Source: Alphaproteobacteria bacterium
GTDB taxonomy: Bacteria > Pseudomonadota > Alphaproteobacteria > Caulobacterales > Caulobacteraceae
Assembly: GCA_043734425.1 (NCBI GenBank)
Contig: JAYTFM010000020.1
Coordinates: 50,060 to 114,059 of the forward strand
Length of the DNA: 64,000 nt
Direction of reading: 5' to 3'
Shown: positions 30,637 through 43,724 of the stretch, piece after piece
Layout: the number at the start of each line of letters is the position of its first letter
Numbering within the stretch: the first letter of the stretch is position 1
The notes under the pieces: generated by a model
Databases searched by the model: none
What the model was told of the DNA's origin: nothing
The model's input: the letters and a program-made list of their open reading frames with translations, nothing else
Made by a program: the position numbers and the translations under genes

Positions 30637-30911
30637 TCCTCGGGCTTCAGCCGCTGTTTCAGGTCGGCGATGGCATCACGGAACGGCCTGAATTGGCCCG
30701 CTTCGACCTCGGCGGCGCCCAAGGCCAGAATCTTGAGCAGCGCCAACGCCTCCTGCTGCTGCTCATAGCTGGCGACGTCCTGAAGCACCGCCTTCGCCTC
30801 GCCGTTCTGGGTGATGATCATCGGCCGACCATCCTCAGCCAGCCGCGCCAGAACCTCTGCGGCCTTGGCCTTGAGGTAGCTGATAGGCTTCACCTGGGTC
30901 GAATAGCGCAT
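30633..30911 (-). CDS. Phd/YefM family antitoxin
   Basis: MRYSTQVKPISYLKAKAAEVL...PMIITQNGEAKAVLQDV. Confidence 0.9.
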   Translation of the reverse strand: MRYSTQVKPISYLKAKAAEVLARLAEDGRPMIITQNGEAKAVLQDVASYEQQQEALALLKILALGAAEVEAGQFRPFRDAIADLKQRLKPEE

Positions 30912-30931
30912 GCGAACACTCCGAACCGAAT

Positions 30932-30951
30932 TCAGACCGAATATAGTCTGA
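30932..30951. promoter_or_regulatory. Putative TA autoregulatory operator
   Basis: TCAGAC-N8-GTCTGA inverted repeat 20 bp upstream of the antitoxin ATG. Confidence 0.6.
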
Positions 30952-30990
30952 TGTAGCCGCACCGCAACAGCGAGCATGGCTCTGTGCGGT

Positions 30991-31203
30991 TCATTGTCCG
31001 CCCGCCCACGCCAACGCCGCCACCCGGCACGCCGAGGCCAGCGGCCGATCCCCTCGCGCCCGGTCGATGCTGACAATCAGGCTGGCCAGGCTCGAACCCC
31101 GCGCCTCGGCCACCGCCGTCAGCACCGCCCAGAACTCCGGTTCCAGAGCGATAGAGGTGGCGTGGCCGGCCAGCAGGACGGAGCGTTTCTTCAAGCCCGA
31201 CAT
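30991..31203 (-). CDS. Ribbon-helix-helix domain protein (RHH_4-like)
   Basis: KRSVLLAGHATSIALEPEFW...LASACRV signature. Confidence 0.85.
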   Translation of the reverse strand: MSGLKKRSVLLAGHATSIALEPEFWAVLTAVAEARGSSLASLIVSIDRARGDRPLASACRVAALAWAGGQ

Positions 31204-31252
31204 GGCGCCTGTCTCCCCCACCATTCAGGCCACCGCAACTCTTCACTTGCAT

Positions 31253-31276
31253 AAAGATGACGCATGCGTCATCTTT
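31253..31276. promoter_or_regulatory. Perfect 24-bp palindromic operator upstream of the Coq4-like gene
   Basis: AAAGATGACGCATGCGTCATCTTT, immediately after a TTGCAT -35-like hexamer. Confidence 0.8.
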
Positions 31277-31302
31277 GAGGCTGCAACGCAACGGAACGCC
31301 AG

Positions 31303-32064
31303 ATGACCCTCGCCGCTGACTTCCCCGCCCAGGCCGCCAACAGCCCGCGCCCCGCCAACCCCTACAAGCGCGATTGGGGCCACGCTCTGCGTTCGCTGCA
31401 ACGGCTGTTGGCCGACAAGGAAGACACCCGCCAGGTGTTCGAGATCATGCGGTCACTGAACGGCGGCGCAACGGCCAAGGGGTATGAGCGGCTGCTGACC
31501 CTGCCGGAGGGCGGACGCATCGCCTATGAGCACGCCGAGTTCGCCGCAAGACTGGCCGACGACGCCTGGCTCGACAGCTTGCCGGAGGGCAGCGTCGGCG
31601 CGGCCTATCGCCACTTCATCCGCACAGAACAGATCTCCGCCGACGGCCTCGCCGAAATCAGCCGCGAAGGCGAGAGCGAGATCGATGCGCCGCATCCGCA
31701 CGCCTGGTTCGCGCGCCGCACACGCGACGTACACGACATCTGGCACATTCTCTCGGGCTACCACCGCGACGCCCTGGGCGAGGCTTGCCTGGTCGCCTTC
31801 TCATACGCTCAGACCAAGAGCCTCGGCTGGGTGATCATCGCCCTCGGCGCGGCCTCGCGAGCGCGGAAGTCGAAGTATCCGATGTTGCAGGCCATCTGGC
31901 AGGGATATCAACGCGGCAAGGCGGCGGGGTGGCTGTTGGGCCAGGACTATGAGCGGCTGATGGCCGAACCGCTGGACGCCGCGCGCAAGCGCCTCAATAT
32001 CACGCCCGCCACGATCTATGACGCGATCCCGGCTGCGGCCCGCGACGGCGCGGTGGCGGCGTAA
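31303..32064 (+). CDS. Coq4 family protein
   Basis: LPEGSVGAAY; HDIWH-x11-E metal motif (RDVHDIWHILSGYHRDALGEA). Confidence 0.88.
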   Translation: MTLAADFPAQAANSPRPANPYKRDWGHALRSLQRLLADKEDTRQVFEIMRSLNGGATAKGYERLLTLPEGGRIAYEHAEFAARLADDAWLDSLPEGSVGAAYRHFIRTEQISADGLAEISREGESEIDAPHPHAWFARRTRDVHDIWHILSGYHRDALGEACLVAFSYAQTKSLGWVIIALGAASRARKSKYPMLQAIWQGYQRGKAAGWLLGQDYERLMAEPLDAARKRLNITPATIYDAIPAAARDGAVAA

Positions 32065-32087
32065 GTCGGCGCCTCCCCCGGAACGGC

Positions 32088-32264
32088 TCAGTCTTCCAGT
32101 TTCTTGTCGGTGAGGGCTTTCCAGGCGCGTTCGGCCTCGGCTTTTGAGGCCGAGGTCACGGACTTGGAGCGTCCGAATTTGACGCGATTCTCAGCGGCCT
32201 GCGCCCTGGCGTCACCCTGCGCCTTGAGCTTGCGGGTCTGGTTCAGATTGATCGGCTCAGCCAT
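32088..32264 (-). CDS. DUF4169 family small basic protein
   Basis: MAEPINLNQTRK...AAENRVKFGRSK. Confidence 0.8.
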   Translation of the reverse strand: MAEPINLNQTRKLKAQGDARAQAAENRVKFGRSKSVTSASKAEAERAWKALTDKKLED

Positions 32265-32266
32265 CC

Positions 32267-34311
<2,045 letters not shown>

Positions 34312-34331
34312 TTTCTTCCCCGGAGGTCGCC

Positions 34332-34592
34332 ATGACCAAGCCCATCACCGTCGAACTCACCGACGTGCAGGCCGCGCACTTTGCGAATCGGGCAGCGATA
34401 CAGGACCTTTCGCTGGACGATCTGATGCGCGAGGCGATCCAGCGGCAGTTCGAGTACGATTTGAGGTTCGCCGCTGCCGTCCAGGAGGGGATCGACGCGG
34501 TGAGACGGGGTGATGTGATTCCACACGAAGAGGTCGTGGCTAGAGCAAAGCGCCGCAAGGCCGAATGGCGTAGTAGAAAACCCTCGGTTTAA
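34332..34592 (+). CDS. Solitary CopG/RHH antitoxin-like protein
   Basis: GGAGG RBS; N-terminal ITVEL ribbon-helix-helix; C-terminal AAVQEGIDAVRRGDVIPHEEV. Confidence 0.7.
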   Translation: MTKPITVELTDVQAAHFANRAAIQDLSLDDLMREAIQRQFEYDLRFAAAVQEGIDAVRRGDVIPHEEVVARAKRRKAEWRSRKPSV

Positions 34593-34644
34593 GCGTCGGC
34601 TTGGCGCACCGCGCCAACGAGCCTCCAGGCTCCCGCTTCACGAT

Positions 34645-34677
34645 AAAAAATGAGGGCGCGCCATGGGCGCGCCCTCA
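34645..34677 (-). terminator. Intrinsic terminator of the urcA-like gene
   Basis: TGAGGGCGCGCC-N3-GGCGCGCCCTCA perfect 12-bp stem followed by T6 on the minus strand. Confidence 0.85.
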
Positions 34678-34727
34678 AGGTGAACCGAGACGGAGGCGCT
34701 GCGAGGCCGACCTCCGTCGCGGGAGCG

Positions 34728-35060
34728 TTACCGCGAGGCGAGATCGACCTGGCCGGTATAGGCCGCAGTCACCATCGGCGCGTCGAGCTGGTCGACGGCC
34801 TTGGCGACCGCCGCCCGGCGGCAGGCCATAACGTGCGGGCTGGTCGGCGTGGCGGCTGGCGAGTTGGGCGTGCAGAGCTTCTGGGCGGCCAGTTCGATGC
34901 GGCGCAGCATCTTCGACGCCCCCGCCGAGTGGGCGATGTCATGCGACTGGTAAGCCAGGGTCGTGCTGACCATCGTCAGCCGGGCGATCTGGGCCTGGGC
35001 CGAGGGGGCGGCGAGCATCACCAGCGCGGCGACGGCGGCGGCGGAAAGCGACTTGCTCAT
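34728..35060 (-). CDS. UrcA family small secreted protein
   Basis: Signal peptide ending AQA; RRIELAAQKLC...ACRRAAVAKAVDQLDAP two-Cys pattern; GGAG RBS. Confidence 0.85.
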   Translation of the reverse strand: MSKSLSAAAVAALVMLAAPSAQAQIARLTMVSTTLAYQSHDIAHSAGASKMLRRIELAAQKLCTPNSPAATPTSPHVMACRRAAVAKAVDQLDAPMVTAAYTGQVDLASR

Positions 35061-35307
35061 CAGGGTCTCCAATTCAAAGGGGAAGGCGCGGGTCACGCGG
35101 CCACGACGGCTGCCGGGCTGTGCGCAACGCCGCATTGTGCTATCCAGGAGCGGCGCGCTCAGGTGGACGCCGGTGGACAGGTTGCGGGGTGACAGGTGCA
35201 TGTCCTTTGGTCCTTGTTTGCGATCCCAATTGATCACCGGCTCATGACGCTCCATTGCCCGGCGATCCGCCATGAGCCGGACCTGATCGGCGGATGATGG
35301 ATTCCTG

Positions 35308-37209
35308 ATGCGGGATGATGTTTCGCCGAGGCTGATCGATCTGGCCCTGGAGCCGGCCTTTGCGCTGGCCGGCTTAGAAGTTCGACCGGCGAGCCTGGAG
35401 GTGCTGGCCGGCGAGCGGCGCGAGCAGCTGGAGCCGCGCATCATGCAGGTGCTGGTCGCGCTGGCCGGCCACCGCGGCGAGGTGGTTTCGCGGGACGAAC
35501 TGATTCAGCGCTGCTGGGGCGGCCGCGTGGTCGGCGACGACTCCATCAACCGCTGCGTCTTCCAGCTGCGGAAGCTGGCCGAACGCCTGGGCGGGTTCGA
35601 GATCGTCACGGTGGCGCGGGTCGGGTTCCGGCTCAGCGAGGGCGCCAAGAATCGATCAGCCGCACGAGGTCGTCATTGGCTCGGGCGCGCCGCCGCAGTC
35701 GCAGTGGTTTTGGCGGTCGCTCTAGGTGTCGTGGGATGGTGGGTTTGGCAAGCGCGAGCGGTCGCCTCTGCCGATCATGAACCCCAGATCGCGGTCCTAC
35801 CGTTTGTCGCGCTTGACAGTGATCGAGCCGCACAGACCTTGTCGGCAAAGGTCACGGATACCCTCGTGGGCGTCCTGAGTGCGAACGGAGTCGGGCCTCA
35901 ACCTTCAGGCGCGAGCTCTGCGCCCGCCGATCTGATCCTGCGCGGAACGGTCGCGCGTGACGGCCAGCAGTGGCGGGTGCGGACCTATGTCGAGGACGGC
36001 CGTACAAAGTTCCCGCTGTGGTCGGAGGAATTCGCCGGCCCAATCGCAGCCGAGGCGGCATTGTCCAACCAAGTGGCCGCGAGACTCATGAACGCGGTTG
36101 AGGGTGCCTTGCACCCCTTCGAGCAGCCCGGCCTCACGGTCGATGCGCGCACGCTGGCGCTTTATGTCAACGCGTCCGTCAAGTTCAAAAACCCACAGAT
36201 GCTAGGCGCGACAGAGCCGACCCAGGCGTTTGAGGACGTCGTCGCGCGTGCGCCGCGCTTCGCCGCCGCCCGTGCGACCCTGTCTCTGAATCTGGTCAAC
36301 CTGAGCAACGATGCGCTACCAAGCGAACGCGCGCCGCTGCGCCAGCGCGCGCGACGCGAAGCCGAACGGGCGCTGCGGGAGGGGCCGTTCATGGCCGGGC
36401 GGACGGCCGACCCCTTCTATATGCTGGCCCGCGCCGAGCACCCAGACGACCTTGCCGCCGCCGAGGATGAGTTGCTGACCGCCATCAGGGCTGGGTCGCG
36501 GTTCGCCTACCTACACATGCGCGAGTGCCGCTTCCTCATGGAGGTCGGTCGCGCCGCCGAAGCTGTCCGAAACTGCGAACGCGCCGTGGGTCTGCGGCCT
36601 TACGCGGCTCCGATCGGCTGGACCTACGCTGCTGCGCTGAACGCCGAGGGATCACAGCGGCGGGCCGGCGACGCGATCCGCAATGTGCTGAGCTTCTTTC
36701 CCGATCACTTCCAGACGAGGCGCGTAAATTTCGAGTTTGCAGCCTTCGAAGGCTCCGCCGACGAGGCGCTCGCCATCCTGCGTGATCCCGCGCGCGCCCC
36801 ACTCGTGGCAGGGCCGCCGCAAGCCGCTGCGCTCGAACTTTTCCTGAAGGCGCGCAAGTCCGGTTCGCCCCCCGACATTGAGGCGGCGATCCAGGCGCTG
36901 CGAGCGGCCGGAAGTGATCGTTATAGCCAACGCAACCTTGTGCTCGCCGCCGCCATCCTCGGTCGCTCCGACGACGCCTTCGACGCCTTGGATGAGCCAG
37001 GGCTGGAGGTCGCGGGTGATCCTGGGATCCTTCTGGAGCCGGCGGCTGCATCGCTTCGAGGTGATCCGCGCTTCTGGCGAGTGGCGGCGAAGGCGGGATA
37101 CCTCACCTACTGGCGCAAGCGCGGGGTCTGGCCGGACTTCTGCAGCGACCCGGCGGCTGGGGTCGACTGCCAACGCGAGGCCGCACGCCTCTCACAGGGC
37201 GCAAGGTAG
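35308..37209 (+). CDS. CadC/ToxR-like winged-helix regulator with TM, TolB-N-like and TPR domains
   Basis: LEPRIMQVLVAL...VVSRDELIQRCWGGRVVGDDSINRCVFQLRK...TVARVGFRL; TM segment; IAVLPF; TPR helices; LRGDPRF...YWRKRGVWPDFC. Confidence 0.9.
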   Translation: MRDDVSPRLIDLALEPAFALAGLEVRPASLEVLAGERREQLEPRIMQVLVALAGHRGEVVSRDELIQRCWGGRVVGDDSINRCVFQLRKLAERLGGFEIVTVARVGFRLSEGAKNRSAARGRHWLGRAAAVAVVLAVALGVVGWWVWQARAVASADHEPQIAVLPFVALDSDRAAQTLSAKVTDTLVGVLSANGVGPQPSGASSAPADLILRGTVARDGQQWRVRTYVEDGRTKFPLWSEEFAGPIAAEAALSNQVAARLMNAVEGALHPFEQPGLTVDARTLALYVNASVKFKNPQMLGATEPTQAFEDVVARAPRFAAARATLSLNLVNLSNDALPSERAPLRQRARREAERALREGPFMAGRTADPFYMLARAEHPDDLAAAEDELLTAIRAGSRFAYLHMRECRFLMEVGRAAEAVRNCERAVGLRPYAAPIGWTYAAALNAEGSQRRAGDAIRNVLSFFPDHFQTRRVNFEFAAFEGSADEALAILRDPARAPLVAGPPQAAALELFLKARKSGSPPDIEAAIQALRAAGSDRYSQRNLVLAAAILGRSDDAFDALDEPGLEVAGDPGILLEPAAASLRGDPRFWRVAAKAGYLTYWRKRGVWPDFCSDPAAGVDCQREAARLSQGAR

Positions 37210-37290
37210 AATATGCCCGCCCCCCGCCATTTCCGCGCCGCGCACGCAACAGTCTTGCGGCGAACCCGCAGATTCGCTACACACCTCGCC

Positions 37291-37359
37291 ATGTGCACGC
37301 GGCTCCACAGCCTGCTACTTCTCTCGCGGGGGCTTAGCCGCCCCTGGGCGCCTCTCTAG
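37291..37359 (+). CDS. leuA leader peptide MCTRLHSLLLLSRGLSRPWAPL
   Basis: Four consecutive Leu codons CTG CTA CTT CTC, 7 Leu in 22 aa; directly downstream of TTGCGG-N17-TACACA. Confidence 0.8.
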   Translation: MCTRLHSLLLLSRGLSRPWAPL

Positions 37360-37452
37360 GCACGCGCACGCTCGCGGCCGGGTGACCAGGGGTTTGGACG
37401 ATCCGCCCCAGACACAAATTCCGCCCCAAAACACCGCGAAGAGACCCATTTC

Positions 37453-39048
<1,596 letters not shown>

Positions 39049-39055
39049 CGATCCT

Positions 39056-39201
39056 CTAATCCCTCCCCTTCATGGGGAGGGCCGACTCGCGGAACGCGAG
39101 CGGGGTGGGGCAAGTCCATCTTGACTCGACGCTCGACTGTGTTCCCCACCCGTCTCGCGCCTCTGGCGCGATCCACCCTCCCCATGAAGGGGAGGGATTA
39201 G
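39056..39201. repeat. Intergenic palindromic element, CCCTCCCC family, perfect 26-bp terminal IR
   Basis: CTAATCCCTCCCCTTCATGGGGAGGG ... CCCTCCCCATGAAGGGGAGGGATTAG. Confidence 0.9.
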
Positions 39202-39213
39202 GAATCCTACGGA

Positions 39214-40095
39214 ATGCTCTGGATATTCCTGGCCGCCGCCGCCGCGCCTTTGCAGGTGGCGCGCAACGCCATGCAGCGGGGCCTGACGGGCGATGCCGGA
39301 CCGTGGGGCGCGACGCTGGTGCGGTTTCTGTTCGGGCTGCCGTTTTCGATCACCATCCTCTGGGTGGCTGTCACCCTGACGCCGGATGCATCGCCCAACC
39401 CCTCGGCCCGGTTCTGGATCGCCACCGTGATCGGCGCGATCAGCCAGGTGGCGGCCACCGGCGCGCTGCTGATGGCCATGCGGCGATCCGGGTTCGCCGT
39501 GGCGATCATGCTGCAGCAGTCCTCGCTGCCGTTGGCGGCGCTGATCGGCTGGGTGGTGCTGGGCGACCGCCTGGCGCCGCTGGTCTGGGCCGGCGTGGCC
39601 TTGGCCAGCCTGGGTCTGGTGGTGCTGTCGTGGCCGCGCCGTGAACATCAGGCGGCGGACCTGTCGGGCGCGCTGTTGGGCCTGGCGGCGGGGGCCAGTT
39701 TCGCCGTCGCGTTCAACGCCTATCGCCAGTCCGGCCAGGCGTTTGATCCGGGCCATCCGCTCTATTCCTCATCGGTCGCCCTGGTCGCCGCCCAGGTGAT
39801 GCAGTCGGTGGTGCTGGGGGCGATCCTGGCGGTGATGCGACCTGCGGCCCTGCGCGCGGTGTTTTCGTCCTGGAAGATCTCGCTGGCGGCGGGCTTCTTC
39901 GGGTCTGCGGCGTCGGCCTGCTGGTTCGGCGCGCTGGCGCTGGCCGCAGCAGCGCCGGTGCGGGCGGTCGGACTGATCGAGGGGCCGTTCGCGGCTGCCG
40001 TGGGACGGCGGCTGTTCCGGGAGCGGCTGACTTCGCGCCAGTGGATCGGCGGCGGGTTCACGGCGATCGGCCTGCTGTTCTGCACCCTGGGCTGA
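39214..40095 (+). CDS. DMT/EamA family transporter
   Basis: About 10 TM segments; ATLVRFLFGLPF; RLFRERLT. Confidence 0.82.
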   Translation: MLWIFLAAAAAPLQVARNAMQRGLTGDAGPWGATLVRFLFGLPFSITILWVAVTLTPDASPNPSARFWIATVIGAISQVAATGALLMAMRRSGFAVAIMLQQSSLPLAALIGWVVLGDRLAPLVWAGVALASLGLVVLSWPRREHQAADLSGALLGLAAGASFAVAFNAYRQSGQAFDPGHPLYSSSVALVAAQVMQSVVLGAILAVMRPAALRAVFSSWKISLAAGFFGSAASACWFGALALAAAAPVRAVGLIEGPFAAAVGRRLFRERLTSRQWIGGGFTAIGLLFCTLG

Positions 40096-40153
40096 GGTGT
40101 CTCACCGGTCACACCGCTTTCCGCCGTTCCATCGTCACGCTACAGGTCGGCGG

Positions 40154-40903
40154 ATGCTGTGGATATCACGACTGTTGTTGGCGCTGCTTGCGCTGTTCGG
40201 CGCTGCGGGCGGCGCCTGCGCAGACGAGGTCAAAGTGGCGGTGGCGGCTAATTTCGCCGAGCCGGCGCAGCAGATCGCGCAACGTTTCGCCGCCCGGACC
40301 GGCCATAGAGCTACGCTGAGTTTTGGATCGTCCGGTCAATTCGTTGTGCAGATTGCGAACGGCGCGCCGTTCGGTGTGTTCCTGTCGGCGGACCGGGCGC
40401 GGCCCGAAGCGCTGGAAGGTGCGGGCCTGGCGGTGGCGGGCAGCCGTTTTACCTACGCAACCGGGCGTCTGGTGCTGTTCAGTCGGACCCCACGGCTGGT
40501 CGACAGCCGGGGCTTGGTTCTCGCCAGGGGCGGCTTTCAGAAATTGGCCATCGCCGATCCGGAGACCGCACCCTATGGCGCAGCGGCGATTGAAACGCTG
40601 CGCAGGTTGGGGCTGTTGGATGCGCTACAGCCGAAGATCGTCAAGGGCGCCTCGATCACTCAGGCCTTTCAGTTCGTCGACACCGGCGCCGCTGAGGTCG
40701 GGTTCGTCGCACGTTCGCAAGTCATTGCACGGCCGGGAGGATCGCGTTGGCTCGTGCCGGCGACCCTTCATGCGCCAATCGAACAGCAGGCCATTCTGCT
40801 GCAGGCCGGCGCCGGCGAGCCGGCCGCCAGGGCCTTCATGGCCTTCCTCAAGGGCTCCGAGGCGCGCGGCGTGATCCGACGTTACGGCTATGAGGTTCGC
40901 TGA
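40154..40903 (+). CDS. modA: Molybdate ABC transporter substrate-binding protein
   Basis: Signal peptide; AVAANF, GSSG, NGAPF, TAPYGAAA. Confidence 0.93.
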   Translation: MLWISRLLLALLALFGAAGGACADEVKVAVAANFAEPAQQIAQRFAARTGHRATLSFGSSGQFVVQIANGAPFGVFLSADRARPEALEGAGLAVAGSRFTYATGRLVLFSRTPRLVDSRGLVLARGGFQKLAIADPETAPYGAAAIETLRRLGLLDALQPKIVKGASITQAFQFVDTGAAEVGFVARSQVIARPGGSRWLVPATLHAPIEQQAILLQAGAGEPAARAFMAFLKGSEARGVIRRYGYEVR

Positions 40904-40906
40904 CCC

Positions 40907-41572
40907 ATGGCCGAGGCGATCTGGCTCACCCTGAAGCTGGCGATGGTGACGACCCTTGCCCTGCTGATTCTGGCGACCCCGCTTGCCTGGTGGCTGGCGC
41001 GCAGCCGCAGCGCCTGGAGCGAGGTCGTCGCCGCTGTCGTCACTCTGCCGATCGTACTGCCGCCGACGGTGTTGGGCTTCTACCTGCTGATCGCCCTGGG
41101 TCCGCAAAGCCCGTTGATGGCGCCGCTGAGGCCGCTGGGCGTCCGCACCCTGGCATTCACCTTCGAAGGGCTGGTGATCGGCTCGATCATCTACTCGCTT
41201 CCGTTCGCCGTGCAGCCGATCCGCAACGCCTTCAGGGGCGTGGGAGAGCGGCCTCTCGAAGCTGCCGCAACCCTCGGTGCGAAACCGCTGGACGTGTTCT
41301 GGAGCGTGGCGATGCCGCTGGCCCGGCCGGGGTTCATCCTGGCGGCCGTGTTGGTCTTCGCCCACACAATCGGCGAGTTTGGAGTGGTGCTGATGATCGG
41401 CGGTGGAATCCCCGGCGAGACCCAGGTCCTGTCGGTGGAGATCTATCGCGCCGTTGAGAGCCTGGATTGGCCACAGGCTCATCTGCTGGCCGGCGGCATG
41501 CTGGCGTTCGCCTTCACCGTGGTTCTCAGCCTGCTACTGCTGGACCGGCGCGCCGTGCGGCGGTCGCAATGA
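40907..41572 (+). CDS. modB: Molybdate ABC transporter permease
   Basis: [23 protein letters not shown] loop, FAHTIGEFG. Confidence 0.95.
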   Translation: MAEAIWLTLKLAMVTTLALLILATPLAWWLARSRSAWSEVVAAVVTLPIVLPPTVLGFYLLIALGPQSPLMAPLRPLGVRTLAFTFEGLVIGSIIYSLPFAVQPIRNAFRGVGERPLEAAATLGAKPLDVFWSVAMPLARPGFILAAVLVFAHTIGEFGVVLMIGGGIPGETQVLSVEIYRAVESLDWPQAHLLAGGMLAFAFTVVLSLLLLDRRAVRRSQ

Positions 41573-42417
41573 GCGTCATTGAGGCTCGGTTCGACGGTCT
41601 GCTGGGCGACTTTCGGCTCGACATCTCGATGTCGCCGCCTGCGAGCGGCGTCACGGTGCTGTTCGGTCCGTCCGGATCCGGCAAGACCACACTGCTGCGG
41701 TGCCTGGCCGGCCTGACCCGGCTGGACGGCCGCCTGCAGGTGGCGGGCGAGGTCTGGCAGGATGGACGCAACTTCGTTCCGCCCCACAAGCGCGGGGTCG
41801 GACTTGTGTTCCAGGATGCGGTCCTGTTCGAGCATCTTTCGGTACGCGAAAATCTGCTCTACGGCCGTCGTCGTCGGGGCCTCGGTGAGGACGCGTCGTT
41901 CGGCGAGATGGTCGACCTGCTGGACCTCGGCCCCCTGTTGCAACGACGGCCGACACGGCTGTCCGGCGGCGAGCGCCAGCGGGTGGCGATCGGGCGGGCG
42001 CTGCTGAGCGAGCCGCGGCTGTTGTTGCTGGATGAACCCCTGGCGGGGCTGGATGCGGCGCGCAAGGCCGAGGTGATCCCCTATCTTGAGACGCTCAAGA
42101 CGCGCGCGAGCGCGCCGATCTTCTATGTCACCCACGATGTGGCCGAAGCCGCCCGGCTCGGGGACCGGATGCTGCTGATGCAGGCGGGCCGCATTGTGCA
42201 AACCGTCGAGCTGCGTGGCGAGACCGCGCCCGACGCCAATGAAGCGGCCTGGTTGGCCGAGCGACTGGCGAGCGTCGGGACGGACGAACTCATCGCGGAA
42301 ATCGTCCTGAGCGGGGCGTCACGGACGGTCGCTCGTCTCGCAGTTGCGGGTCTGACGGCGGAATTGAAGCCGTCTGCACCGAAAAACTCTCCTGCGACGC
42401 GAATTCGCAGGCCCTGA
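41569..42417 (+). CDS. modC: Molybdate ABC transporter ATPase, no recognisable TOBE domain
   Basis: [30 protein letters not shown]; ATGA coupling with modB. Confidence 0.9.
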   Translation: MSVIEARFDGLLGDFRLDISMSPPASGVTVLFGPSGSGKTTLLRCLAGLTRLDGRLQVAGEVWQDGRNFVPPHKRGVGLVFQDAVLFEHLSVRENLLYGRRRRGLGEDASFGEMVDLLDLGPLLQRRPTRLSGGERQRVAIGRALLSEPRLLLLDEPLAGLDAARKAEVIPYLETLKTRASAPIFYVTHDVAEAARLGDRMLLMQAGRIVQTVELRGETAPDANEAAWLAERLASVGTDELIAEIVLSGASRTVARLAVAGLTAELKPSAPKNSPATRIRRP

Positions 42418-42482
42418 TTTGCCCTTGAATTGCCCCATAGGTCAGGGCAGAGGGACATGAAAGCCCAACAGACAGAGCGTAG

Positions 42483-43616
<1,134 letters not shown>

Positions 43617-43627
43617 CACGCTGATCG

Positions 43628-43693
43628 CGACTCTTTGAATGTACCGCATTTTCTGCGCTGAACCGGTGTCCCCTTCAGCGGAAAATGCTCTAG
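43628..43693. repeat. Half CIR/RIME/Bru-RS-like element between mreB and mreC
   Basis: GCATTTTC-TG-CGCTGAA-N11-TTCAGCG-GAAAATGC-TCTAG hairpin with adjacent GACTC; the CTAGAGCATTTTCC end is typical of alphaproteobacterial intergenic repeats. Confidence 0.7.
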
Positions 43694-43724
43694 TCCCGTC
43701 TTCATCTTGGAGTTCGTCCGTTAG

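Noticed and set aside
40096-40175. ModE box or molybdenum cofactor riboswitch upstream of modA
   Set aside because: The intergenic region is too short and has no convincing consensus
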